64,000 nucleotides of DNA from NCBI GenBank assembly GCA_963754155.1, contig CAVWEU010000002.1, forward strand, positions 3,212 through 67,211, given 5' to 3'. Both the position numbers and the translations under genes were made by a program. Every line of letters starts with the position of its first letter. Positions within the stretch are counted from its first letter, which is position 1. Shown here piece after piece: positions 9,304 through 22,274 of the stretch. Source of the stretch: an uncultured Actinomycetota bacterium (GTDB lineage Bacteria > Actinomycetota > Actinomycetes > Propionibacteriales > Nocardioidaceae). Below the pieces are notes generated by a model. The model saw only the letters and a program-made list of their open reading frames with translations. It ran no database searches and was not told the origin of the DNA.

Positions 9304-10029
9304 TCAGCGGCGCCGCAGGGCGAGCCCGAGCCAGGTGAACCACAGGATGAGTCCGAGCCCGAAGATGGAGGTCGCGACTTCGGAGGCGAGAGGGATGACC
9401 GTGGCCATGCCGACGGTGGCGAGACCGAGCGCGAGCCCGCCGAGCCCGGCCGAGAGCGCCTTGCTGCGGAGGGCTGCGATTCCGACGACAGCGGCCCAGA
9501 GCGCGCCGGCGACCTCGATGCCACCGCCGAGGGCGTCTTGGACGACGCTGGTCGAGACCCAGGTGGTCAGGGCCAGGTCCGGGTTCTGCGCGTGCAGCTC
9601 GACGGCGGCATGCTGACCGACCAGGGCGATGCTCCCGCTGGCGACGAGCATGCCGGACCAGATCAGTCCGAGCGCGGTGGAGGCTCGGGCGAGCGCTGGG
9701 GCCGGGGCGAGTCGCTCGCCGACTCCGAGGGAGACCAGCGCCATGGCGGCTCCGCCGAGGAGGTAGAGCACCAGGTACCAGCCGGACAGCTCGGCGTGGT
9801 GATTCAGCAGGAAGCTGAGCGACCCCGACGGGTCGTCCAAGACAGGGGTGAGGCCCCGGGGGAGGAAGTAGGCGGCCATGGCGAGGAAGCCGACGACGTA
9901 GGTGCCGGCGACGACCTGGGCGGCGACGCCGCCGGCGCGGACGAGGGCGGGCGACGTGGGGGTGGGGACCGGGGACGAGGTGGCCGTGGTGGATGGGGAC
10001 GTTGTGGTGGTGACGGTGTGTGATGTCAT
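9304..10029 (-). CDS. Polytopic membrane protein, DUF4386-like
   Basis: Internal ATG (MTSHTV...) of ORF 9304..10125. Ser/Thr/Pro-rich N-terminus followed by about 6 TM helices. Confidence 0.55.
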   Translation of the reverse strand: MTSHTVTTTTSPSTTATSSPVPTPTSPALVRAGGVAAQVVAGTYVVGFLAMAAYFLPRGLTPVLDDPSGSLSFLLNHHAELSGWYLVLYLLGGAAMALVSLGVGERLAPAPALARASTALGLIWSGMLVASGSIALVGQHAAVELHAQNPDLALTTWVSTSVVQDALGGGIEVAGALWAAVVGIAALRSKALSAGLGGLALGLATVGMATVIPLASEVATSIFGLGLILWFTWLGLALRRR

Positions 10030-10108
10030 GCCTCGACCTTCTGCCAACTGGCTGTCTGCCACATCGGAGCAGGGGCCGCAGTCGTCTCGTCCCGCAGGCC
10101 GACCCGGT

Positions 10109-10133
10109 CCGACCGAAAGTTCCATTCGGTCGG
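10109..10133. promoter_or_regulatory. Inverted repeat CCGACCGAA-N7-TTCGGTCGG in a divergent promoter region
   Basis: Perfect 9-bp arms between the membrane-protein start (10029) and the kinase start (10160). Confidence 0.35.
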
Positions 10134-10147
10134 CGGCCCGTTCGCTT

Positions 10148-10153
10148 TAGTCT
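10148..10153 (+). promoter_or_regulatory. -10-like hexamer TAGTCT, 6 nt before ATG 10160 (leaderless architecture)
   Basis: TANNNT hexamer with the same spacing as at many other genes in this window. Confidence 0.4.
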
Positions 10154-10159
10154 GTGGTG

Positions 10160-11335
10160 ATGGTCGGAGGCCCGCTGCGTGCGCTCTGGGACGAGCCGCG
10201 AGCTCCCGCGCCCGCGGGGAGCGCATGGTGGGATCGGGCTCTGGTCGCCGGGCTGATCCCGGTGACGGCGCTCGAGGCCGCGCTTCGTTCCGACATGGTC
10301 TGGCCGCTCTGGCATGCGGCGTGGACGGTTGTCTGCGTCGCCACGCTGCTGTGGCGGGCCCACAGCCCCCTTGCGATGCTGGTCCTCGCCTACGGAGCGC
10401 AAACGGCGGCCGGAGTCGTTCCAGCGCTGGCGGGGGAGGCGCACAGCGTCCTGGACGTCACCGCCGTCGTGCTGCTGCTGGCGTACTCGTTGGGTCGTTG
10501 GGCCAGCGGACGCGGTGTGGTGGCGGGCAGCTGCTTCCTGCTCGTAGTGCACCTGGCTCGAGAGCCGCTCTACGGCTCCAGCGGCGCCTCGATGCTCCTC
10601 GGGGTGGGAGCGCTGATGCTGCCGGTGGCCCTCGGTGCACTGATGCGCCTCTGGGCGCTGTCCCAGGTGCGGGCGCGCGAGGAGATCCGGCTTCGTGAGC
10701 GCGAGCAGCTGGCCCGTGATCTCCACGACACCGTCGCTCACCACGTGTCCGGCATCCTGCTGCACGCCAGGGCGGCCAAGGTCCGGGCCCGGACCGACCC
10801 CGGCGCCGCCGCCGAGGCGATCGACGGGGTGGAGGATGCGGCCGCGCGGACACTGGACGACATGCGCGCGCTGGTGGCTGTGCTCCGCCACGAGGATGAG
10901 GGTGTCCACGGTCGTGCCCCGACGTACGGCGTCGCCGACATCCCGCTGCTGGGGCGTGACGACGGGCCCGGCCCGCGGGTCGTCATCGAGACCTCCGGCG
11001 ACCTCGAGCGGCTGCCGGCGCCTTTGGGCTCGGCATTCTTCCGAGCGGCACAAGAGGCCGTGACGAACGCCCGCCGGCACGCGGTGGACCCCACCGTGGT
11101 GGCTGTCAACCTCTGCCGGGACGGGTCGACGGTGCGGCTGCGGGTCCACGACGACGGGCGGCCGGCCGTTCCGGGCCGCGGGCGACGGGCGAGCCCCTCC
11201 TACGGCCTGGCGGGTATGCGTGAGCGCTTCTCGCTCTTGGGCGGCGAGGTCCGAGCCGGGCCGGATCCCAAGGGTGGCTGGACCGTCGAGGCCACGATCC
11301 CAGCCACCGCGGAGCCCGGAGGGACCAGAGCATGA
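10160..11335 (+). CDS. Sensor histidine kinase (HisKA_3 / NarL-partner type)
   Basis: H-box ARDLHDTVAHHVSGILLHA, N-terminal TM helices, C-terminal ATPase region (GLAGMRERFSLLGGEV). The ORF opens at 10154; the start is preferred at ATG 10160. Confidence 0.8.
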   Translation: MVGGPLRALWDEPRAPAPAGSAWWDRALVAGLIPVTALEAALRSDMVWPLWHAAWTVVCVATLLWRAHSPLAMLVLAYGAQTAAGVVPALAGEAHSVLDVTAVVLLLAYSLGRWASGRGVVAGSCFLLVVHLAREPLYGSSGASMLLGVGALMLPVALGALMRLWALSQVRAREEIRLREREQLARDLHDTVAHHVSGILLHARAAKVRARTDPGAAAEAIDGVEDAAARTLDDMRALVAVLRHEDEGVHGRAPTYGVADIPLLGRDDGPGPRVVIETSGDLERLPAPLGSAFFRAAQEAVTNARRHAVDPTVVAVNLCRDGSTVRLRVHDDGRPAVPGRGRRASPSYGLAGMRERFSLLGGEVRAGPDPKGGWTVEATIPATAEPGGTRA

Positions 11336-12009
11336 ACATGACGGCCCCGGTAAGGGTGCTGATCGCAGACGACCAGGACATGGTCCGGATCGGACTCGCC
11401 ACCATCCTCGACGCCGACCCTTCGATCGACGTGGTCGGCCAAGCACGCGACGGGTTGGAGGCGGTGCAACAGGTTCGCTCACTCCGTCCGGACGTATGCC
11501 TCTTCGATATCCGGATGCCCAACCTCGACGGCATCGAGGCAACTCGCCGGGTCGCAGGGCCCGAGGTCGAGGACCCGGTCCCCGTCATCGTCATCACGAC
11601 CTTCGACCAGGACGAGTACGTCTACGACGCACTCCTGGCCGGGGCCCGCGGCTTCCTGCTCAAGGACGCCGATCCGGACCTGCTGATCCGCGCTGTCCGG
11701 TCCGCTGCCCAGGGCGATGCCCTCATCGCCCCGGCCGTGACTGCACGACTGCTCGCGACCTTCGCCTCGTCCCGCGCTGGAGCAGCAGCCGAGCCGATCG
11801 ACGCGTTGACCCCTCGGGAAGAGGCCGTCCTCGACCTGGTCGTCGCCGGCCGCACCAACACAGATATCACCGAAGAGCTCCACCTCTCGCTCAGCACCGT
11901 CAAGACCCACATCAGTGCGCTCATGACCAAGCTCGCGGCACGCAACCGGGTCGACATCGTGATCTGGGCCTACGAAAGCGGTCGCGTCGCCGATGGACGT
12001 CACCGCTAG
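11332..12009 (+). CDS. Response regulator, LuxR/NarL family
   Basis: REC domain (VLIADDQDMVR...FDIRMPNLDG) plus LuxR HTH (LTPREEAVLDLVVAGRTNTDITEELHLSLSTVKTHISALMTKL). 4-nt overlap with the kinase gene. Confidence 0.9.
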   Translation: MNMTAPVRVLIADDQDMVRIGLATILDADPSIDVVGQARDGLEAVQQVRSLRPDVCLFDIRMPNLDGIEATRRVAGPEVEDPVPVIVITTFDQDEYVYDALLAGARGFLLKDADPDLLIRAVRSAAQGDALIAPAVTARLLATFASSRAGAAAEPIDALTPREEAVLDLVVAGRTNTDITEELHLSLSTVKTHISALMTKLAARNRVDIVIWAYESGRVADGRHR

Positions 12010-12063
12010 CCAGCACAAGAACCATGCCGACCGGCGGAGGGGGTGTCGATCTTCGGTCATGTA

Positions 12064-12077
12064 TCTTGACATCAAGA
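12064..12077. promoter_or_regulatory. AT-rich palindrome TCTTGA-CA-TCAAGA upstream of the aconitase gene
   Basis: Perfect 6-bp arms in the most AT-rich part of the 12010-12168 intergenic region. Contains a TTGACA. Confidence 0.3.
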
Positions 12078-12168
12078 CAAAGGCCACGGCACCGCCTGCT
12101 TGTGCGTTGACGGAACGGGCAAGATGGGCGGAGGTGGACCGACGGACGGACGAGACGAGGAGACGTCG

Positions 12169-15042
<2,874 letters not shown>

Positions 15043-15076
15043 TCTCCAGCGCCGCGCGCCCACATCTGGGAAAATT

Positions 15077-15110
15077 CTGTGGCGGGTTCCCTCCGGGGGA
15101 CCCGCCACAG
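15077..15110 (+). terminator. Strong hairpin after acnA
   Basis: CTGTGGCGGGTTCCC-tccg-GGGGACCCGCCACAG: a 15-bp stem (one G-U pair) with a 4-nt loop, 35 nt after the stop. Confidence 0.55.
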
Positions 15111-15127
15111 GCGTGCAAAGGGGTGTG

Positions 15128-16480
15128 ATGGAGAAGCTGAGGGACGCCCTCGACGACCTGGCCTCCGACGTGCCCGCACCGGCACCGTCGCCGGAGCTGT
15201 GGGAACGGGGCGTACGCCGCCGTCGCCGCATCCGGGCCTCGGCGGCAGCAGCGGTGCTGGTCGTCGTGGCCGGTGGCGCCGGCGCGCTCTCGACGGCCAC
15301 GACCACCAGCCGCCCCGACGCACCTCCGGTCGTCTCCTCGCCGGACGAGCCGGCCCTGCCCGACCGCCTGTGGTCGCCGAGCCCCTGGCTCGAGGGCACC
15401 GACGAGCTCGGCCCGCCGGGACCGGTCGCGATGCTGTTCTGGGACAACCTGAACCGCGCGACCTGGTGGGGCGGCAGCCGCGGCGGGTTCGTGGCGGTCT
15501 CCGCGGTCGACGGCAGCTACCGGTACGTCGACGAGCTGGCCGACGTCGACGCCTTCGCGCCGGTGCTCTCGCCCGACGGCCGTTACGTCGCGTTCCCGTC
15601 GCTGCGGGCCGACGCACCCGCGGCGGGTGCCGAGCCGGCCGCCGACGGCTACGCGGTCTACGACGCGGTGACCGGCGGGGTGTCCGAGCACCGGGTCCAG
15701 GACGCTCCTCAGGGCGTCGACCCAGGGCTTTCGCCGGTGTGGACGCCTGACTCCTCCACCCTGCTGGTCGAGCTGTGCCGGATCGACCGGTCCGACGCCG
15801 ACGGGTTCGCCTGCACCGGAATCGGCGCCGACGTGCTCGACGTCGCCAGTGGCGAGGTGCACCGCCTCCCCGACTCCTCGCTCACCGACGTCGTCGGGCG
15901 CACCGACGACGCGTTGCTGCTCGAGCTGGGCGACGGCGAGGTCGGCACGCTCGACGCCGGGACGGGCGCCGTGACACCGGTGGGCCGGCTCGACCTGTCT
16001 GCTCTGCAGGAGCGCTCCTTCCTGCACCTCGACGAGGAGTCCGGGACGGTCACCGTCGCGGGCCGGCGCGACGACGACACGGTCAGCGGCCGGCTGGAGC
16101 TCGCGCGGTTCCCCCTCGGTGGTGCGCCGACCTGGCGGCCCGCCCCGGTCCGGGGTTACGCCGAGGTGCTCGGGCCGTGGCGGGACGGAGGGCTGCTGCT
16201 CCTCCAGGCCGAGGGGCCGAGGTCGTCGGTGCGCGGGGTCGGGCTGGCCGGCCGTGGCTCGGAGGTCAGCGCCACCGACGTCGCCACCGTGGTGGCCGTC
16301 GAGGAGGGCTTCTCCGGCTCGAACCTCCAGACGGCGTGGGACCTGGCGACCCGCCCGTCCGTCGACCGCCCCGAGCCGGACGAGCCGACCGACCCGCGCC
16401 TGCTGCCGGCGGCGGGGCTGGCGCTGCTGCTGCTGGGCGGGGTCGCGGCCGCGGTCCGGCTGCGACGGCGGCTCGGGTGA
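15128..16480 (+). CDS. Membrane-anchored anti-sigma-like protein with a beta-propeller-like ectodomain
   Basis: ATG 15128 follows AAGGGG. N-terminus MEKLRDALDDLASDVP...RGVRRRRRI plus a TM, typical of partners of SigE-type ECF sigmas. Contains SPDGRYVAF-type segments. The C-terminus is LLPAAG followed by a hydrophobic stretch and RLRRRLG. Confidence 0.6.
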   Translation: MEKLRDALDDLASDVPAPAPSPELWERGVRRRRRIRASAAAAVLVVVAGGAGALSTATTTSRPDAPPVVSSPDEPALPDRLWSPSPWLEGTDELGPPGPVAMLFWDNLNRATWWGGSRGGFVAVSAVDGSYRYVDELADVDAFAPVLSPDGRYVAFPSLRADAPAAGAEPAADGYAVYDAVTGGVSEHRVQDAPQGVDPGLSPVWTPDSSTLLVELCRIDRSDADGFACTGIGADVLDVASGEVHRLPDSSLTDVVGRTDDALLLELGDGEVGTLDAGTGAVTPVGRLDLSALQERSFLHLDEESGTVTVAGRRDDDTVSGRLELARFPLGGAPTWRPAPVRGYAEVLGPWRDGGLLLLQAEGPRSSVRGVGLAGRGSEVSATDVATVVAVEEGFSGSNLQTAWDLATRPSVDRPEPDEPTDPRLLPAAGLALLLLGGVAAAVRLRRRLG

Positions 16481-16983
16481 GCAGCACGCCGGTGGACCGG
16501 CGCTCGTTCGAGGAGTACGTCGCAGCCCGGCGCCACTCGCTGCTGCGCACCGCCTACCTGCTCACCGGGGACCACCACGAGGCCGAGGACCTCGTCCAGC
16601 GCACGCTGGTCAAGGCGGTCGCCGTGTGGCCGCGGATCGCCGACCGTCCTGAGCCCTACGTCCGCCGGGTCATGGTGCACGACAACATCTCGCGGTGGCG
16701 ACGCCGCCCGGCCAGGGAGCGGCTCGTCGAGGCCGTGCCCGACCGGCTGCACCCCGAGGCCGACCACGCCACCCGGCTGACCCTGCAGGGCGCGCTCGCC
16801 CGGCTGACCCCGAAGCAGCGGGCGGTCCTCGTGCTGCGGTTCTACGACGACCTCACCGAGGTGCAGACCGCCGAGCTGCTCGGCGTCGGTCTCGGGACGG
16901 TGAAGTCGCAGACCCGCCATGCGCTGCGCCGTCTCCGGGAGCTCGCTCCCGAGCTCGACGAGCTGGAGCCGTCCCGGCGATAG
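16477..16983 (+). CDS. ECF (SigE-family) RNA polymerase sigma factor
   Basis: GTG 16477 overlaps the upstream stop (GTGA). Region 2: LLTGDHHEAEDLVQRTL. Region 4: LTPKQRAVLVLRFYDDLTEVQTAELLGVGLGTVKSQTRHAL. Confidence 0.85.
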   Translation: MSSTPVDRRSFEEYVAARRHSLLRTAYLLTGDHHEAEDLVQRTLVKAVAVWPRIADRPEPYVRRVMVHDNISRWRRRPARERLVEAVPDRLHPEADHATRLTLQGALARLTPKQRAVLVLRFYDDLTEVQTAELLGVGLGTVKSQTRHALRRLRELAPELDELEPSRR

Positions 16984-17013
16984 TCCGGGTCGAACGCACG
17001 TTCGATATCGGGC

Positions 17014-17019
17014 TACGAT
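17014..17019 (+). promoter_or_regulatory. -10-like hexamer TACGAT, 6 nt before GTG 17026
   Basis: TANNNT-N6-start pattern. Confidence 0.4.
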
Positions 17020-17025
17020 GGTGCG

Positions 17026-17397
17026 GTGGACCGCCTCGTCACCCCGCCCGGCTGGCCGGACCGCGTCCGACCGCCGGGCGCCCCGGACTGGGAGCGCACG
17101 GCCGTCGCCTGGCTGCTGGACCTGTGCCCCCCGGAGTACCGCGGCTACCCCGTCCTGAGGCGCCACGACGCGGTGCTCGCCCGCTTCGCGGCGACGTACG
17201 TCGAGGGGTGCCAGGCAGCGGTCCGGCGCGGGTTGAGCGAGGCGCGAGGAGTGTTGCGCGGGGTCGTCGACGCGGACGCCGTCGCCGGGGCCGTCGAGGT
17301 GTGGCAGGCGGAGGAGGCGAGGCTGCTCGTCGAGCGCCGGGCCGTGGGGCTGGTGGAGGAGGCCATCCGGGGGCGCCGCTTCGTGGCCCGGCTGTAG
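17026..17397 (+). CDS. Hypothetical cytoplasmic protein
   Basis: 123-aa ORF with high third-position GC and no recognised domain. Confidence 0.55.
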   Translation: MDRLVTPPGWPDRVRPPGAPDWERTAVAWLLDLCPPEYRGYPVLRRHDAVLARFAATYVEGCQAAVRRGLSEARGVLRGVVDADAVAGAVEVWQAEEARLLVERRAVGLVEEAIRGRRFVARL

Positions 17398-17406
17398 CGT
17401 GCCGCC

Positions 17407-18366
17407 ATGCCCGCGACCGTGCCTGCGACCCTGCCCGCTGCCGAGCCCGCTCCCGAGCCGCTGCAGGTGGTCCCGGTCCCCGGCCACGGCTGTGAGGACG
17501 TCTTCGTCGCCGCCGACGGCACCGTCCACACCGGCACCGAGGACGGCTCGGTCTGGGCCGTCTCGCCCGACGGGGAGCAGGTGCGCCGCGTGGGCTCCGT
17601 CCCGGGCCGGCCGATGGGCATCGAGGCGCTGCCGGACGGGCGGCTCCTCGTCTGCGACGCCGACCACGGGCTGTTCGCCATGGACCTGGCCGACGGCCGG
17701 GTCGAGCCGCTGCTGACCCATGTCGCCGGGCACCGACTGGTCCTCGCCAACAACGCCGCTGTCGCCGCGGACGGCACCATCTGGTTCTCCGAGTCCTCAC
17801 GGGTCCACCCGCTGGAGCGGTGGCAGGTCGACCTCGTCGAGGACACCCGGACCGGACGGCTGCTGCGCCGGGACCCCGCCGGCGAGGTCGAGGTGGTCCT
17901 CGACGGGCTCCGCTTCGCCAACGGGGTCGCGCTGAGCCCCGACGAGACGTTCGTGTGCGTCGCGGAGTCGCCGGGCCGCAGCGTCGTACGCCACTGGCTG
18001 AGCGGCGAGCGGACCGGGCGCACCGACCACCTCGTCCGGGAGCTTCCTGGCTATCCGGACAACCTCGCCCTCGGCACCGACGGGCTGCTCTGGGTGGCGA
18101 TCGCCTCCCCGCCGGACCGGACGCTGGAGCGGGTGGTCCGGGCGCCGCGGCCGGTCCGCAGGGCCGTGAGCCGGCTGCCGCAGCGGCTGCTGCCGGCAGC
18201 CCCGCGCACGGCTCGGGTGCAGGCATACGACGTGGACGGCCGGCTCGTGCACGACCGGGTGCTCGACCCGACGCGGTTCCACATGGTCACCGGTGTGCGG
18301 GAGCGCCACGGCCGGGTGTGGCTCGGCAGCCTGGTGGAGCCGGCGGTCGCCTGGTTCGACGTGTGA
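17407..18366 (+). CDS. SMP-30/gluconolactonase/strictosidine-synthase-like beta-propeller protein
   Basis: 319 aa. Segments such as GRLLRRDPAGEVEVVLDGLRFANGVALSPDETFVCVAES are typical of this family. Confidence 0.7.
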   Translation: MPATVPATLPAAEPAPEPLQVVPVPGHGCEDVFVAADGTVHTGTEDGSVWAVSPDGEQVRRVGSVPGRPMGIEALPDGRLLVCDADHGLFAMDLADGRVEPLLTHVAGHRLVLANNAAVAADGTIWFSESSRVHPLERWQVDLVEDTRTGRLLRRDPAGEVEVVLDGLRFANGVALSPDETFVCVAESPGRSVVRHWLSGERTGRTDHLVRELPGYPDNLALGTDGLLWVAIASPPDRTLERVVRAPRPVRRAVSRLPQRLLPAAPRTARVQAYDVDGRLVHDRVLDPTRFHMVTGVRERHGRVWLGSLVEPAVAWFDV

Positions 18367-18433
18367 CACCGCCCCCTAGACTGGAGGTTCGTTCCGTCCG
18401 TCCACCTGTCCGTCCGTGGGAAGGCTTCGCCCG

Positions 18434-20338
18434 ATGGGGTACCTCGAGTCGCTGACCGGTCCCGGCGACCTTCGCGAACTCGGTGACAGCGAGCTCGACG
18501 ACCTGGCCACGGAGATCCGGGACCTGCTCGTCACGACGTGCTCCCCGCGCGGCGGCCACCTCGGGCCCAACCTCGGCGTCGTCGAGCTCACGATCGCCCT
18601 GCACCGGGTGTTCGACTCCCCGCACGACCGGGTCGTCTTCGACACCGGCCACCAGGCCTACGTCCACAAGATGCTCACCGGACGCGCGAAGGCCTTCGAC
18701 TCGCTGCGCCAGGAGGGCGGGCTGTCGGGCTACCCGAGCCAGGCGGAGTCCGAGCACGACATCGTCGAGAACTCCCACGCGTCCACGTCGCTGTCCTGGG
18801 CCGACGGGTTGGCCAAGGCCTACGCGCTGCGCGGCGAGGACCGCCACGTCGTCGCCGTCATCGGGGACGGCGCGCTCACCGGCGGCATGGCCTGGGAGGC
18901 CCTGAACAACATCGCCTCGAAGAACGGCTCCGCCGAGCAGCGCCGGCTCGTCCTGGTGGTCAACGACAACGGCCGCTCCTACACCCCGACCGTGGGTGGC
19001 CTCGCCGACCACCTGACCTCGCTGCGCACGGACCCCCGCTACGAGCCGGTGCTCGAGCAGATCAAGCGGCGGCTGCAGGGAGTTCCCGGCGTGGGCCCGG
19101 CGGTCTACGACGCCCTGCACGCGGTGAAGAAGGGGATGAAGGACGCGCTCGCGCCGCAGGGGCTCTTCGAGGACCTGGGGCTGAAGTACGTCGGCCCGGT
19201 GGACGGGCACGACCGGGAGGCGGTCGAGCACGCGCTGGCGCAGGCCAAGCGGTTTCACGGCCCGGTGATCGTCCACGTCCTCACCAAGAAGGGGTTCGGC
19301 TACGACGCCGCCGAGCGCCACGAGGCCGACCAGTTCCACTCGCCGGGACCGTTCGACGTCGAGACGGGGCTGGAGGCAGCCCGGGGGCTCATCTGGACCG
19401 ACATCTTCGCCGACGAGATGCTGACCATCGGCGAGACCCACCCCGAGGTCGTGGCGATCACCGCCGCGATGCTCCACCCGGTGGGGCTCAACCTCTTCGC
19501 CGACCGGTTCCCCGACCGCGTCTTCGACGTCGGCATCGCCGAGCAGCACGCCGCTACCTCGGCCGCCGGGCTCGCGATGGGCGGGCTGCATCCGGTCGTC
19601 GCCGTCTACGCCACGTTCCTCAACCGCGCCTTCGACCAGGTGCTCATGGACGTCGCGCTGCACCGGTGCGGAGTCACCTTCGTCCTCGACCGGGCCGGGG
19701 TGACCGGCGACGACGGCGCCTCGCACAACGGGATGTGGGACATGTCTTTCCTGCAGGTCGTGCCCGGGCTCCGGCTCGCCGCCCCGCGGGACGGCTCCCG
19801 GCTCCGCGAGCTCCTGAACGAGGCGGTGGCGGTGGACGACGCTCCCACGGTCGTGCGGTTCCCCAAGGGGCCGCCGAACGCCGACGTCCCGGCGGTCGAC
19901 CGGGCAGGCGGCGTGGACGTCCTGGTTCGCTCCGGCGAGCGCGACGTCCTGCTCGTCTCGGTCGGCGCCATGGCGCCCACCTGCGTCGAGGTCGCCGAGC
20001 GGCTCCAGGCCCAGGGGATCGGCGTGACCGTCGTGGACCCCCGCTGGGTGAAACCGGTGGACCCCGCGCTCGTCGACCTGGCCCGCGGGCACCGGCTCGT
20101 GGTCAGCGTCGAGGACAACGGCATCGTCGGCGGCGTCGGTTCGGTGCTCCTGCAGACCCTCAACGAGGCCCGGGTGGAGACCCCCGTGCGGCTGCACGGC
20201 ATCCCTCAGCGGTTCCTCGACCACGCCAAGCGGGCGAAGATCCTCGAGCAGATCGGGCTGACCCCGCAGGCGCTCGCGCGCAGCGTGGTGGAGGACGTCA
20301 CCGCCCTCGACCGCGACCAGTCGCTGACGCTGCCATGA
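18434..20338 (+). CDS. dxs: 1-deoxy-D-xylulose-5-phosphate synthase
   Basis: ATG 18434 follows GGAAGG. N-terminus [16 protein letters not shown]. ThDP motif [15 protein letters not shown]. The ORF opens at 18416. Confidence 0.95.
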   Translation: MGYLESLTGPGDLRELGDSELDDLATEIRDLLVTTCSPRGGHLGPNLGVVELTIALHRVFDSPHDRVVFDTGHQAYVHKMLTGRAKAFDSLRQEGGLSGYPSQAESEHDIVENSHASTSLSWADGLAKAYALRGEDRHVVAVIGDGALTGGMAWEALNNIASKNGSAEQRRLVLVVNDNGRSYTPTVGGLADHLTSLRTDPRYEPVLEQIKRRLQGVPGVGPAVYDALHAVKKGMKDALAPQGLFEDLGLKYVGPVDGHDREAVEHALAQAKRFHGPVIVHVLTKKGFGYDAAERHEADQFHSPGPFDVETGLEAARGLIWTDIFADEMLTIGETHPEVVAITAAMLHPVGLNLFADRFPDRVFDVGIAEQHAATSAAGLAMGGLHPVVAVYATFLNRAFDQVLMDVALHRCGVTFVLDRAGVTGDDGASHNGMWDMSFLQVVPGLRLAAPRDGSRLRELLNEAVAVDDAPTVVRFPKGPPNADVPAVDRAGGVDVLVRSGERDVLLVSVGAMAPTCVEVAERLQAQGIGVTVVDPRWVKPVDPALVDLARGHRLVVSVEDNGIVGGVGSVLLQTLNEARVETPVRLHGIPQRFLDHAKRAKILEQIGLTPQALARSVVEDVTALDRDQSLTLP

Positions 20339-21261
20339 ACGACGCCCGACGCTTCGTCCACATCGTCGACGAGGTTCCCGAGCTGACCCCCCGCGCCGAC
20401 GGCCGGGGCCCGGCGCTCGTGGTGGTCCTCGACGGCTTCCTCGACGCCGGCAACGCGGCCCGGCTCGCTGTGGAGCACCTCCTCGGTGACGACCCCGGGA
20501 GGGTCGTGGCCAGCTTCGAGATCGACGCCTTCTTCGACTACCGGGCCCGACGTCCGCCGATGTCGTTCGTGGAGGACCACTACGAGGGCTACGCCGCACC
20601 CCGCCTGGTGACGCGCCTGCAGCACGACGGCCGCGGTGCGCCGTACCTCCTCCTGCACGGTCCGGAGCCGGACACGCACTGGGAGGCGTTCGCGCGCTCG
20701 GTCCGCGAGGTCGTCCAGCACTTCGACGTCCGGCTGACCGTGGCGCTCGGCGCGGTGCCGATGGCGGTCCCGCACACCCGGCCGGTGATGGTCACCAACC
20801 ACGCCACCCGACCCGAGCTGCTCGTCCGCGAGAACCCGTGGCGCGGCGTCATCCAGGTGCCGGCCAGCGCCCTGTCGCTCCTCGAGCTGCGGCTGGGGGA
20901 GTGGGGCCATGACGCGATGGGGTTCGTCTCCCACGTCCCGCACTACGTCGCACAGACCGACTACCCGGCCGCAGCGACGACCCTGCTGGAGTCGACCGAG
21001 GTCGTGACCGGGCTGGAGTGGGAGCTGTCGGGGCTGCAGACCGCAGCCACCTCGCGCGACGCCGAGATCGCCGGCCAGGTCGCGGAGTCGACCGAGATCC
21101 AGGCGGTCGTCACCGGCCTCGAGCAGCAGTACGACTCCTTCACCCGCGGCGACCAGGGGGAAGGGTTGCCGCTGGCCGAGGAGGGCGAGCTGCCCACCGC
21201 GGACGAGCTCGGCGCCGAGTTCGAGCGGTTCCTCGCCGGGCTCGACCCGGACGACGACTGA
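20335..21261 (+). CDS. PAC2 (proteasome assembly chaperone-like) family protein
   Basis: ATG 20335 overlaps the dxs stop (ATGA). 308 aa with an acidic C-terminus. Family assignment is from memory of similar actinobacterial proteins. Confidence 0.6.
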   Translation: MNDARRFVHIVDEVPELTPRADGRGPALVVVLDGFLDAGNAARLAVEHLLGDDPGRVVASFEIDAFFDYRARRPPMSFVEDHYEGYAAPRLVTRLQHDGRGAPYLLLHGPEPDTHWEAFARSVREVVQHFDVRLTVALGAVPMAVPHTRPVMVTNHATRPELLVRENPWRGVIQVPASALSLLELRLGEWGHDAMGFVSHVPHYVAQTDYPAAATTLLESTEVVTGLEWELSGLQTAATSRDAEIAGQVAESTEIQAVVTGLEQQYDSFTRGDQGEGLPLAEEGELPTADELGAEFERFLAGLDPDDD

Positions 21262-21325
21262 CCTGCCTGACCTGCCTGACCTCGGACCCCTCCCACCCCG
21301 CCGCACCGACCAGCAAGGAGCGCCC

Positions 21326-22189
21326 GTGCCCGCCTCTCCGCAGGAGCTCGTCGAGCTGCTCGACCTCGAGACGATCGACCTCAACCTGTTCCGCGGCCGT
21401 CAGCCCGACACCCGGCTGCAGCGGGTCTTCGGCGGGCAGGTCGCCGCGCAGGCACTCGTCGCCGCGTCGAGGACCGTCGAGGACCGGGTGGAGATCCACT
21501 CCATGCACAGCTACTTCCTGCGCCCTGGCGACACCGCGGTCCCGATCGTCTACGACGTGGACCGCGTCCGCGACGGTCGCTCGTTCACGACCAGGCGCGT
21601 GCTGGCGCGGCAGCACGGCCGGCCGATCTACGCGCTGACCGCGAGCTTCCACGTGCAGGAGGAAGGGTTCGAGCACTCCGACCGGATGCCGGACGTGCCG
21701 TCGCCGGAGGATTCACACGACGTCACCGCGCTGATGCTCGAGGACTCGGCCCGCCGGGCGGAGTGGGAGCGCGAGTGGTCGGTGCTCGACCTGCGCCGGG
21801 CCGGCGACTCGCTGCCCGGCGGGCTGTTCGCCGGCGGGGAGCAGGTGTCGCGGGTCTGCTACTGGATCCGGGTGCGACCCAGCCTGCCGGACGACGCCCT
21901 GGTGCACCGTGCGGCGCTCACCTATGTCAGCGACATGACGTTGCTGGGGGCGACCCTGGTCCTCCACGGCGAGCACCCCACCAGCGCCACCATGCAGGCC
22001 GCCTCGCTGGACCACACGGTGTGGTTCCACCGGCCCTACCGCGCGGACGAGTGGCTGCTCTACGACCAGAGCTCGCCCTCGGCCTCCGGTGCGCGCGGGC
22101 TCGCCTTCGGGAAGCTCTTCACCCAGGACGGCCGCCTCGTCGCCTCGGTGGCGCAGGAGGGGATGATCCGCCCCCGTCACGACGGCTGA
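21326..22189 (+). CDS. tesB: Acyl-CoA thioesterase II
   Basis: GTG follows AAGGAG. Double hotdog with LDLETIDLNLFRG, HSMHSYFLRPGD, SLDHTVWFHRP. Confidence 0.85.
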   Translation: MPASPQELVELLDLETIDLNLFRGRQPDTRLQRVFGGQVAAQALVAASRTVEDRVEIHSMHSYFLRPGDTAVPIVYDVDRVRDGRSFTTRRVLARQHGRPIYALTASFHVQEEGFEHSDRMPDVPSPEDSHDVTALMLEDSARRAEWEREWSVLDLRRAGDSLPGGLFAGGEQVSRVCYWIRVRPSLPDDALVHRAALTYVSDMTLLGATLVLHGEHPTSATMQAASLDHTVWFHRPYRADEWLLYDQSSPSASGARGLAFGKLFTQDGRLVASVAQEGMIRPRHDG

Positions 22190-22274
22190 GGCGCAACGGC
22201 GAGGCCTGGATCGCTGAATTGGACGCGCGGCGCTAGCACAGTTCCGCTCGAACTTGTGACAGACACGCCGTTGG

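Noticed and set aside
21262-21285. Direct repeat CCTGCCTGAC x2 after the PAC2-family gene.
   Set aside because: It is very short and probably a chance or slippage duplication. No associated structure or signal.
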